A DNA stretch of 64,000 bases, taken from NCBI GenBank assembly GCA_002269645.1, contig NIVC01000059.1, positions 1,240,001 through 1,304,000 of the forward strand. The letters are read 5' to 3'. Under the pieces are notes generated by a model. That model saw nothing but the letters and a program-made list of their open reading frames with translations. It ran no database searches and was not told the origin of the DNA. This document shows, one piece after another, positions 23,989 to 36,389 of this stretch. The DNA comes from Macrostomum lignano. Taxonomy: Eukaryota. The first letter of the stretch is position 1. Every line of letters begins with the position of its first letter. Made by a program: the position numbers and the translations under genes.

Positions 23989-26330
23989 ACCAACAATCAA
24001 TCCACAAACTAGCATCACCAATCAATCCACAAATTAGCATCACCAATCAATCCACAAACTAGCATCACCAACAATCAATCCACAAACTAGCATCACCAAC
24101 AATAAATCCACAAACTAGCATCACCAATCAATCCACAAGCATCACCAATCAATCCACAAGCTAGCATCACCAATCAATCCACAAACTAGCATCACCAATC
24201 AATCCACAAACTAGCATCACCAATCAATCCACAAACTAGCATCACCAACAATCAATCCACAAACTAGCATCACCAACAATCAATCCACAAACTAGCATCA
24301 CCAATCAATCCACAAACTAGCATCACCAACAATCAATCCACAAACTAGCATCACCAACAATCAATCCACAAACTAGCATCACCAACAATCAATCCACAAA
24401 CTAGCATCACCAACAATCAATCCACAAGCTCGCATCACCAACCAATCCACAAGCTAGCATCACCAACAATCAATCCACAAGCTCGCATCACCAATCAATC
24501 CACAAACTAGCATCACCAACAATCAATCCACAAACTAGCATCACCAATCAATCCACAAACTAGCATCACCAATCAATCCACAAACTAGCATCACCAACAA
24601 TCAATCCACAAACTAGCATCACCAACAATCAATCCACAAGCTCGCATCACCAACCAATCCACAAGCTAGCATCACCAACAATCAATCCACAAGCTCGCAT
24701 CACCAATCAATCCACAAACTAGCATCACCAACAATCAATCCACAAGCTCGCATCACCAACCAATCCACAAGCTAGCATCACCAACAATCAATCCACAAGC
24801 TCGCATCACCAATCAATCCACAAACTAGCATCACCAACAATCAATCCACAAGCTCGCATCACCAATCAATCCACAAACTAGCATCACCAACAATCAATCC
24901 ACAAGCTCGCATCACCAACCAATCCACAAGCTAGCATCACCAACAATCAATCCACAAGCTCGCATCACCAATCAATCCACAAACTAGCATCACCAACAAT
25001 CAATCCACAAACTAGCATCACCAACAACCAATCCACAAGCTAGCATCACCAACAATCAATCCACAAGCTCGCATCACCAACCAATCCACAAGCTAGCATC
25101 ACCAACAATCAATCCACAAGCTCGCATCACCAATCAATCCACAAACTAGCATCACCAACAATCAATCCACAAACTAGCATCACCAACAATCAATCCACAA
25201 ACTAGCATCACCAATCAATCCACAAACTAGCATCACCAACAATCAATCCACAAACTAGCATCACCAATCAATCCACAAACTAGCATCACCAACAATCAAT
25301 CCACAAACTAGCATCACCAATCAATCCACAAACTAGCATCACCAACAATCAATCCACAAACTAGCATCACCAACAATCAATCCACAAGCTCGCATCACCA
25401 ACCAATCCACAAGCTAGCATCACCAACAATCAATCCACAAACTAGCATCACCAACAATCAATCCTCAAACTAGCATCACCAACAATCAATCCACAAACTA
25501 GCATCACCAACAATCAATCCACAAGCTCGCATCACCAACCAATCCACAAGCTAGCATCACCAACAATCAATCCACAAGCTCGCATCACCAATCAATCCAC
25601 AAACTAGCATCACCAACAATCAATCCACAAGCTCGCATCACCAACCAATCCACAAGCTAGCATCACCAACAATCAATCCACAAGCTCGCATCACCAATCA
25701 ATCCACAAACTAGCATCACCAACAATCAATCCACAAGCTCGCATCACCAATCAATCCACAAACTAGCATCACCAACAATCAATCCACAAGCTCGCATCAC
25801 CAACCAATCCACAAGCTAGCATCACCAACAATCAATCCACAAGCTCGCATCACCAATCAATCCACAAACTAGCATCACCAACAATCAATCCACAAACTAG
25901 CATCACCAACAACCAATCCACAAGCTAGCATCACCAACAATCAATCCACAAGCTCGCATCACCAACCAATCCACAAGCTAGCATCACCAACAATCAATCC
26001 ACAAGCTCGCATCACCAATCAATCCACAAACTAGCATCACCAACAATCAATCCACAAACTAGCATCACCAACAATCAATCCACAAACTAGCATCACCAAT
26101 CAATCCACAAACTAGCATCACCAACAATCAATCCACAAACTAGCATCACCAATCAATCCACAAACTAGCATCACCAACAATCAATCCACAAACTAGCATC
26201 ACCAACAATCAATCCACAAGCTCGCATCACCAACCAATCCACAAGCTAGCATCACCAACAATCAATCCACAAACTAGCATCACCAATCAATCCACTAGCA
26301 TCACCAATCAATCCACAAGCATCGCCAATC
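23989..26330. repeat. Satellite, 25/28-bp unit (accaacaatcaatccacaaactagcatc), ~2.3 kb
   Basis: Strongly strand-biased CA-rich tandem array in the spacer between the Mx copies. Confidence 0.97.
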
Positions 26331-26799
26331 AACCTACAAGCCTCGCCCCACAGGTCACAGAATCCTTTATACTAAAATGGTTTGTTGGTAAAAAGTAGCG
26401 TTTTCGTGTCAGCTGTTCTCGTGTGTATTTATGCAGCAAAACTCGTACATAGAATTTTTAAGTAAATATTTGCATATTTGCAGTGCTTTTATCATATTTA
26501 ATAAAAGGTGCAACAAACTATTTTATTCATTTTATCGATATTTCTTACACTGGCCGTCGGAGGAGGACATTAGCAGAGGGAATAACACAGAGACACGCCA
26601 GCCAATCAGCGCTGATGATGGGGCAGAGAGACAGACGGCCAGCCAGCCAATCAGCGATAATGATGGGACAGAGAGACAGACGGCCAGCCAACCATAGTGC
26701 TTTTAAGTTCTGATACCATTAATCCATAAATTTTGAATTGAGGAAACACAAAACCGACAAAGAAAAATTAGTACGATTTTTGTAAATAAAAAGTAACTT

Positions 26800-29700
26800 T
26801 TACAGCCTGAACTTGTTGAAGTCCCGCTGCGCCAGCCGCAGCTGCTCCAGCATCTCCTTCAGCTGTTTCCTTCTCGCAGTTTTGTGCCGCGGCTCACGCA
26901 GCAGCGACAAAAACGTCTCGGCAGTCTCGGACTCGGACAGCAGGTCGAGGGCGCGGTTGCCGAGCTGCTTTGAAACAACGTCGAACATGAAGTAGAGAAC
27001 GGACTGCGGGATGGTGTCGCTCAGTCGCTCAGTGGCCACCTGCAGGTAGGCTTCGAGACCGCGGCGAATTCGCTCAGCGCTGTCGGGGACAGGTGGTCTG
27101 CGGGCGGGGATTGGGTCGGCATTTTCTGATTGGTTGCAAATTGGCTTTTATCGTCGGTCCCTCTTCCCCACCGCCAGCGCAGCCTCTCTCTCCCTCTCTC
27201 TTTTAACTTTCTGCATGTCTGTCGCGTGTTTGGCGCTGATTTGAAGGCACGGTTTTTTCTTCTCTTGCGTGTTCTCTTCTCGATGCTTTTCTCTGTCGGG
27301 ACTGGACTGCAATTTTCAGGCGGGCGATTGGGTCGGAATCTAATGATTGTTTGCTGATTGGCTCTGATCGTTTGTCCGGACTGTCGCTCTGCCCCACCAT
27401 CAGCACTGATTGGCTGCCAGGAAGTCTGTCCCTCTGCCCCACCGCCAGCGCTGATTGGCTGGCTGGAAGTCTCTCTCCCTCTCTCACTCTTCTGACTTTT
27501 TGTCTTGTTGTTATCGCTAATAAGCAGACAATCTGCCCTCTCTTCTCGTACATGTAAGTGTATTTCTCTAGGGCTCATGGCCTTGTCATAATTAATAACC
27601 CTACACCTAATTTCAGTTACGTAACCAGTTCCACTCACTGCTGGTTGCTGTTGTTCTTGTAAAGATCCTCCTCAATCTTTGCAATGCGCTCCTGGAACAG
27701 GCTGTCCTGTGAGAACACTCGCGCCTCCTGAAGAAACAGCCGTCCGCTCAGATCCGCTCTGGCCAGCTCCAGCACCTTGGCGATCTCCTCGTTGCTGGTC
27801 TCCGTCACCACCTCGAAGATGTCTTGGAAGTCGCCAAAAACCTTCTGGGCAATGAGGTGCACCACATCAGTGACCTCATCGGATACCTTGATTGATTTGG
27901 TTTTCATGGAAACTTCATTTTAATAAAGCTGCGATTGCCAAAAGGATGCCGCCAACCCCATACTTTCGCATATAGACCGCTAACCCGCACCCCATAAACC
28001 AACGCCCCTTAATTCCCGTGGACCACTTACCACCCTCCCCACCACTCTCACGGACCGGCCGACCCCATACGACTTCCACCCCACCCCCCAGCTTCCCGAT
28101 AAAACCAAAATCATCCAACCTGCTCCAAAAATTGTTCCGCAGGCTGCTTCAGTTTGTTCAGAAACTCCTCCTTGTAGATTCGTTCAATTATTGGGAACAC
28201 GTGATCGTAGGAGGCGAGCTCGCGACCTCGCAGGTCTGTTATTAGTCGGGTCACCTGCTCGGGCGGCTGCCAATAGTGCGAGATGTGGCCGCGAGTGACC
28301 CAGCCTGAGCACATGAATATAACAGTGTTGAAAATATAATGAACATCCTTTCTATTTCTCCAACCAGACGCCCCAGTTTATCATCTAATTTCTTACCTGG
28401 CCAAGCCCTATGAATCTGCTTCCCCAACTCTGTCCAGTGCTTTCTGCACTTGGCGTACAGGTGAAACCTGGCGTTCATCTCGCCCTGTGTTGCTATGGCA
28501 ACGTCTTTGTTGAAGTTGCTCAGCATCTCGAACAGGTAGCGCCGTTTCTCGTCTTTGGTCTCGGCGACCGGTTGTCCGAGACGCTGCAGCTCCTCCTGGA
28601 ACTTCTTGCGCATCTCCTGCGGGGCAGGCAGGGAGGCTCTCGTGTGGAGCTTTGGGGAATGAGACGGCTTGACTGGGCAGGTGAGCTGTGTCGGGACTGA
28701 TATGAGAACCACTGAACAGACAATTGACAGTCACTGGCGTGGGGACTTCCTAGGCTTTACGGCTCTGGGATTACAACACCCAGGTAAGCAGAAACCCTGC
28801 TCAGCGCACGAGAGTCTGGGGATCAGGGCCTCAGCACACGAGAGTCTGGGGATCAGGACCTCAGCACACAGAAGTCTGGGGATCAGGCCCTCAGCACACA
28901 GAAGTCTGGGGATCAGGACCTCAGCACTCGAGAGCCTGGGGATCAGGACCTCAGCACACGAGAGTCTGGGGATCAGGCCCTCAGCACACAGAAGTCTGGG
29001 GATCAGGACCTCAGCACACAGAAGTCTGGGGATCAGGACCTCAGCACACAGAAGTCTGGGGATCAGGACCTCAGCACACGAGAGCCTGGGGATCAGGACC
29101 TCAGCACACGAGAGTCTGGGGATCAGGACCTCAGCACACGAGAGTCTGGGGATCAGGACCTCAGCACACAGAAGTCTGGGGATCAGGACCTCAGCACACG
29201 AGAGTCTGGGGATCAGGACCTCAGCACACGAGAGTCTGGGGATCAGGACCTCAGCACACGAGAGCCTGGGGATCAGGACCTCAGCACTCGAGAGCCTGGG
29301 GATCAGGACCTCAGCACACAGAAGTCTGGGGATCAGGACCTCAGCACTCGAGAGCCTGGGGATCAGGACCTCAGCACACGAGAGTCTGGGGATCAGGACC
29401 TCAGCACTCGAGAGCCTGGGGATCAGAACACCCAGAATTCTGAAGAATCCCTGTTCACTCCCTCACCAGGATGTCATTCTGCAGCGTGCTGATGTTCCTC
29501 TTCACGGACTCAAACAGCTCCTCGGTCAGCTTGTCCGCCAGAGTCCGAATGCCCACGGACTGCTCAGGCAGCAGGCTGAAGTGCCGGTGAGTCTTGAAGA
29601 AGGCCGCCTCGTTGGCCACCGACTCCGACAGGGTGACGCCGTTGTTGAGCTCCTCGGGGCTGCGGCACTTCACCATCACGTAGCCCTTCTTCAGCGGGAT

Positions 29701-30053
29701 CTTCTCGTTGTTGGCGATTTTCAGCGTCTCCTGCTCCGCACCCTTGTTCACCATGTCCGGGCACGTGAGCACCCCGATGGTGCGCTCGCCCTGCGGGTCG
29801 GCCTCCTTGGCCAGTGACAGCGCCTCGACCGTCTCGATGTCCTGGTGGCACGGCACCACCACCAGGATGAGCACCTGCGGCTGGCTGACGTACTTGGCGA
29901 TGAGCGACTTGGTGATCTGAGCGATGCCAGAACCGCCTGTGGCAGAGTACCTGAGGGTGCGGGGGTCATTGCGTTCATCTGATATGAGATATGATATGTG
30001 CTGATTTGTCCCCGTGTTTCTTTTGCCCAATGTGTCTGTCTGTCTTAGTGTCC

Positions 30054-30117
<64 letters not shown>

Positions 30118-31348
30118 TTCTGTCTGTCTGTCTGTCTTAGTGTCTGTCTGTCTGTCTTAGTGTCTGTCTGTCTGCCTTAGTGTCTGTCTGTCTGTCCGTC
30201 TCACCTGGCGATGCCTGGCAGGTCAATCAGGGTCAGGTCGGGCACATCCGGTCCTTTGATCGCCAGGTCGATCTGCTCACTCGAGATCTCATTGTCTCCG
30301 TGCGTCATCCGCTGCTGGGCCTCCCTCACGGCTCCGTCCACTTCCCCAGGCGAGTTGAGCTCCTTGTCCACCTTGTGCCCGTTGACGTCCTTGTAGCTGA
30401 TGCGTCCGTGCCACGGCGCCTCAGGGTCGGCGTTCCACTGCATGGACAGCTGCAGGGCGCAGCGGGTGACCATGCCGGTGCCGCGGGGAAATTCCACGCC
30501 CGAGATGGCCTCCAGCACCGAGGACTTGCCCACTGACTGGTCGCCCACCACCGCCACCATGGGCAGCTTGAGGTCGCTCTGCAGGCCGTGGGAGCGCAGC
30601 TCGTCGATACGGTTCAGCACCGGCCGGATGCGCTGGCGGAAGGCCGAGGACAGCGCTGGCAGCTCGTCGTGCTGGTCGCCTTCATCACCGTCAGGACCGA
30701 CGGCGGAGCCGTTCATGTGGCTGGGAGTTGGGGGGGTTCGGTGGGATTTCTTGGGATTTTTGAAGTTGATCTGGGATTCCGAGTGCGGTAGGAAGATTGG
30801 AGAATGCTCTGGAGTTTTATTTTTGGGGACTATGTAGGAGGATTTGGGTTTAGTTTGGGATTTAGGGTGATTTTGGGATATATTGGGACTATTTGAGATC
30901 ATCTGGGAATATTTGGAATTAGCTAGGACTGTTGGGATCATCTGAAACTATTTGGGATCAGCTGGGACTATTTGCGATCAGCTGGGACTATTTGGAATTA
31001 GCTAGGACTGTTGGGATCAGCTGGGACTTATCTGGGATCAGTTGGGACCATTTGGGATCAGCTGGGACTATTCGGGATAAGCTGGCTCACGAGTCTTGCA
31101 GCTCCTGGACACCCGACGGCGACGGCATCTGGATGTTGAGCTGCTCCTGAAGTGCCTCCTGAACATCAGGCTGTGCACCGCCGCTCGGACTGAGTAGTTC
31201 GCTGGGCGGTCTCGATTTCTTCTTTCGCTGGCGTCTGATAAAGCAAGTGCAGTGCAATTTTACAATAAATGACTGTGCAATACCCCACAAGTCTGAGTCC
31301 CAATGTAAGATCATGTTAATGCAATTACCTTGAAGTTTCCAGACTCAT
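26800..31348 (-). CDS. Mx: Mx-like dynamin-family large GTPase, copy B (extended basic N-terminus), ~704 aa
   Basis: Exons (minus) 31348-31329, 31234-31091, 30720-30205, 29950-29467, 28616-28397, 28304-28120, 27886-27639, 27097-26800 (2115 nt, phases consistent). The five internal shared exons are the same length as in copy A. N-terminus MSLETSRRQRKKKSRPPSELL...; C-terminus ends FNKFRL*. Confidence 0.88.
28800..29426. repeat. 30-bp VNTR in the matching intron of Mx copy B, ~21 units
   Basis: Reverse complement of the 19311-20060 array. Confidence 0.95.
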
Positions 31349-31452
31349 ATTGCACAGTAATATTATATCTTACTGTTATAATCCTACTGATATTCTAATA
31401 ATAACTTTAGCAGATTTTTTACAACTTTGCCGATTTACTATGCCCCGAAGAC

Positions 31453-31508
31453 TTTTATAGTAGGCCAATGGGAGGGGGCTCCGCAATTTCCAAGAAATTC
31501 CACGTCAG
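31453..31508 (-). promoter_or_regulatory. Putative Mx copy B promoter: TGACGTG / kB-like / GAS element, CCAAT and TATAAAA
   Basis: Minus strand reads gctgacgtggaatttcttggaaattg (GAS at 31488-31496), then a CCAAT (plus strand, ~31465) and TATAAAA (31453-31459), ~105 bp before the ATG at 31348. Function is inferred. Confidence 0.5.
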
Positions 31509-32149
31509 CAGGGGATCAGTTGAAATGTATAGAGGCTGAGAGCAACTGTTCTTGAAAACAACGTACTTTTAATATAGTCAGTGTACAACTGAATCCTGCA
31601 TGTACAGAGGCTGAAACTGTCACAGCTTCTCCACGATAAGCAATTGAATTTAAACTGGACAAAATAAATTATTAGCTTATTCTCTGTCTGAATGTAAAGT
31701 CTCAAATTTGTAGCTCAATCAGACTGGAGACAGTAAGCATGTGAAGTTTGTCTGTTTTTTTTGGTTTTGGGCTGTCCACTCACTCATTTCCCCAGAAGGA
31801 TGCATAGGTCTCAGTGTACATGGCAACGTACAGTTTTTTGGAGCAACTTACCTTCATCTACGGCCTTTTCTGCATTGCCCCAGTGCGATGTACGCGCTAC
31901 GGGTAGCTAAGGACAGTTAACCGGACAGTGCATACAGATAATTGATGTCTCAAGGACCGCAGTAGTATAACAGGACGTAAAACTCAAAGATATTGTATTG
32001 TTTTTCGACGTCAATTTCCTGGGAAAAATGGACTGCAAAACAAGGAAAATATTTAAATTAATATTTAAAAAATAAACTTTTCACTACATAGCTCTATAAA
32101 ATAAAACAGCAACAACAAAATACTTTGTCAGTCAAGCAAGTCTTTAGAG

Positions 32150-34430
32150 GCAAAGACAATATTTGTCACAGGGTGCGGTTCAGGGCCTGGGTGCAAGCGA
32201 ACGTAGGCTGCACCGCCGGCAGTGATCGGGGCGCCGGCGTCAGCCAGCAGGCAGTCGACGAAACGCCGAGTGCACGCCTGTCCTCGCCAGTAGGGCGCCT
32301 GCAGCGTCAGCAGCGGCCACCAGCTGCGGGCAGTACGACTCCTCTAGCTGGAGACGTCGACGGCGCAACGTCAGCGGCGGCTCGAGCGAATCCGACAGCG
32401 TCCAGCAACAGACTGTGCAGCAGCACGGTCTCGATCACCGCCTGGAACAACGCCGCCCTCTGGCGGTCGGGCGGGGCCTCGGACTGCAGGACAGCCCATA
32501 GCTCACAGAACGGAAGGCAGCCCAGGCAAGTCCGCGGCGGCGTCGCAGATCCTCGCAAACGTCAGGCACCAGACCGCCGAGGTAGATGAACTACTGACAG
32601 CACGGAAGCTTCGTCACCTGTTCATCAGCGCCTCGGCAGAAAATTGCAGCCTCGATGTCGTCCGGCACGCAGAGCACGACGGTCTTCTGCGTGCTGACCA
32701 CCAGGCCGACACTCGCCGCAACGCTCACCAGCAGGTCCAGTTGTCGCTGGCCGCCGTTGACGGTCGAGGACAGCAGAGCGAGATCGTCGGCGTAGCCAAG
32801 CACGCTGAGCCGCCTCTCCGGTTGGCGTCGACCCACGCGTCGCTGCAGCAGGAAGCCGTTATCGTTAGAAGGGAGAGCAGTCCGCAGCACCCAGTCAAGC
32901 ACCAGGACGAACAGGAACGGCGCAAGCGTATCTCATTGAAGCAGCCTAAGAGGATGTCTTCAAGAAATCCGACAGGCCGTCCGGTGTTAGCACAGCATGT
33001 GCAATGATAGAGCGCCATGACGGCGGAAATCAGCTCCTCTGGCACGTTGTACGCACGAAGCACCATTGGGAGCACGGCCATCGCAACCAAGTCGAAAGCC
33101 TTCCTGAAGTCAATAAAGAGAGCAATCAGGTTCGACTGGCGGGCCCGGAGTCCCCAGGGCGAGCATCACAACGTCGGCTGTGCTGACTGGGGCTACATTA
33201 AAACTCTCCTCTGCCGACAACGGCGTCTCCGGCGGCAGCTTTAGATCGTTTGGCAGCAGGAGCGACGAAGAACTCGGGCAGCTCATTTCTGCGCTCATCC
33301 GGAGTGTCGCCAGCCAAGTTGAGTGGGATGCGCCGCTTCCGCCCCGTCAGGCGTTGATGGCGAAGCAGGCCACACGCCCTTTGGCGTCGGGTCCAGCGGC
33401 GGTGGGGGCTTGGATGGCGCCGTCAACAGCGGCTTGTTGCCGCTGCAGGTAGACAGCCGCCTGCTGAGACGGAGCCTCTTCAGCTCTGCCTTCGCTTGCC
33501 AAATCGCAGGGTCATCCAGCCAGACCGGCTGCCTATGTTGGGCCGGTTGCATCAGCGGGACTGCTTGCTCCGACGCGGCTGTAACCGCGGCACTTACCTG
33601 CGTGTACTCGGCGCGCCCGCACCTGTCACCAAGCGTGCTGAAGAAGGCGCTAGCGAAATAGCGATGCGCTAGGGTGTCCCTGAGCGCATGGTAGTAGCAC
33701 CGCGGTGGCCGCTTCGGCGGACGGTAAAGGAGATCACGCAGGTCGCAGACGAGGACCGCAGAGCCAGCGGCGTGATTGTGCGGAAGTTGACGGCGTGGTG
33801 GCGCTCACGAAGACGCACAAGCACGTGGTCGAGCTGTGCAGCCTGCCTCCGCGTCGCATTCCTCCGCCTCCGCTTGCAGCCCACGAAGGTCGCGAGCCTG
33901 CCGGGTGGCTTGCGAAAGCGGGTGTTGGCTGAAACCATGTCCTGCCTCTCCAGGAAGTCCTCCAGCGCTTCAGTCATGCCGTTCTCTCGCGGCGTTACAA
34001 ACAGCGACCGCTGGGACCTACGCAAAACCTTATTCAGGTCTCCGAGGTCGACCACTGTGTCACGCCGCGCCGTCTCCTCCACCTGGGCCGAGAGCTGCAT
34101 ACTCGAAGAAGTTTTGAGCCTCGTCAGGTCGGGTGGCAGGAGGCGCGTATGCGCAGAACAGGCGAGCGTTCAGGCCGCAAAGCCTGACGTCGACCCGAAG
34201 CAGCCGGTCAGACAAAGAGACGCAGCGACAGCTCTGCTGCAGCCTCGGTCCGATCAGCGCTCCAACTCCTCCATGGCCTCGCTGGTCCGCCGACGTGTAC
34301 CAGAGGGTCCAACCGGCGCCCGGGGTCCTCACAATGAATTCCCGGGTCGGTCCTGATGGACACTTGTTGCAGCGAGATGACATCGCATCTGAGGTCAAGC
34401 GTTGGCTGCGCCAGCAGCCGTCTCAGCCAG
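32150..34430 (-). mobile_element. Degenerate non-LTR retrotransposon (APE endonuclease plus reverse transcriptase, RTE-like)
   Basis: APE motifs GVGALI..RLL..CAYAP (34060-34398) and GDLN, NTRFRK, QLDHVL (33669-34100); RT motif LGYADDLALL (32591-32902); C-terminal LFQAVIETVLL (32307-32558). Broken by frameshifts and deletions. Clade assignment is tentative. Confidence 0.9.
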
Positions 34431-35150
34431 GCAGCCTTGAAATATAAAATACAACAGTCTAGCGTGCTTTGCATGCTAAATTAAAAGAATGGGGTAATCT
34501 TCACTGCCCCAGATCAAATCCTATTGTTGATTTTGTGGGGAAAGATTTTTTTCCTCTCTCCACAGTGTACTCATATTTTCCAAGAAATTGGACCCCCGAA
34601 AAATTACATGATCTTTGAGTTTTTACGAGCTTATGCGAAAAATCCGATATTCTGGTAAAAATTTTTAATATCTTGACTTGATTCTTGTTTGAGAAGGTGC
34701 GCAAAAACTTCGCCCGTTTTCCCCCCCTTCACCGGCCGTCTGATTTTTGGCAGCTTTTTAGTAAAATTGACGCTCAAATGACATTTGTCGCGTTTTAATA
34801 CTACTGCTGAGTACTGCAGCAGACATTTTTTGCCACGATAGTTTGGGATGCCTAAAATTGGAATTCTCCTTTGACAATTTCAATATAGAGCGGGCCGTTC
34901 TCTACGCAGTATAACAAATAATCGATTTAGCATATATAGTTGTAGAATCTCTGGTGTGTCTGTCCATGCAGTAAGATTTTATTAGACTATATGAAATCTG
35001 CCGAAGCAAACGCGTCGTTCCATGAATAATCTCAACACAGTACTCGCTCCAGCTGTGTGGTCTGTGGCTGCTGGCTGCCACTGCACACTAATTAAATAAC
35101 AAAATAAGATGTTGAATCCACGGCTACAAAAGCAGATTCTCTAATGAGAT

Positions 35151-35583
<433 letters not shown>

Positions 35584-36389
35584 CTGATGGTACACTGTGT
35601 ACTTTGACACCTCCGTCTCTGAGCCGATGCCAGCCGACCAGATACTGGTTCAGCATCTGCCGCACTCTTGCTAGTGCGAATGCACTCACAGTTCCTTTTG
35701 AGCTGTAATAGAGGAATAATGCCCCATCTTTTTCTAGTCAGATGTCTGTCATCTTGCGCCAGTTCTAGGAAACCGTCTGTCAGTCATTCGTCTCAACAGA
35801 TAAACAGATTTGGAGGCTCACGGATAGGCTCAGACTCTCAACTGAATTAGTTCGGATGGTACTAACAGTAAAAAATCATTTAAGAATTAAAATTGTTAAT
35901 CAGATCTGTACTATACAAGTAACATTACAAATATTACAATTTACTTGGCCTGAGTGGAAGTGGTGAGATGCCAGAGCTCACTGAGGAGACTTTCCCTCAA
36001 TATCGGCTATTTAATCAAAAGTACAGCCTTGACCTTTCTGTGTGTGTCACGTCGCAACCAAAATCGAATTTCAGTTTCCATCTATCCCCCATCACTTTCT
36101 CGCTTTTCAAGCCAACCTGTCTTCAATTTTATCCTTATTTCAGTTGGTCTCACTGAGTTCTTCCACTTGCTGTAATTTCTTCCAGAGGAGGGAGGGTAGG
36201 GGGCAGGACCCAACCAATGCGAGCAAAATTTCATTTCTTACTAGCAAAGAGATGAACTGGGATTTTCGAAAATCCAATCCATTAAGGGGTGGGGGTGGGA
36301 GGCGTTTAGATCCTTTTTCTGTCACTCTCAAAAAGACATTGCATGTGCCGATTAATATGGAACTTAGAGATAGAGTATCATTAGAGAGA

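Noticed and set aside
23989-26330. Regular 25-28-bp repeats that could suggest CRISPR or a telomere
   Set aside because: No unique spacers, no cas genes, eukaryotic context, and the unit is not TTAGGG-like.
26800-31348. Possibility that Mx copy B is just a misassembled allele of copy A
   Set aside because: Distinct first exons, promoters, intron 6 and stop position argue for paralogues. It cannot be fully excluded without long reads.
32125-34474. Many mid-length ORFs on both strands
   Set aside because: Explained by the decayed LINE and its GC-rich antisense shadows.
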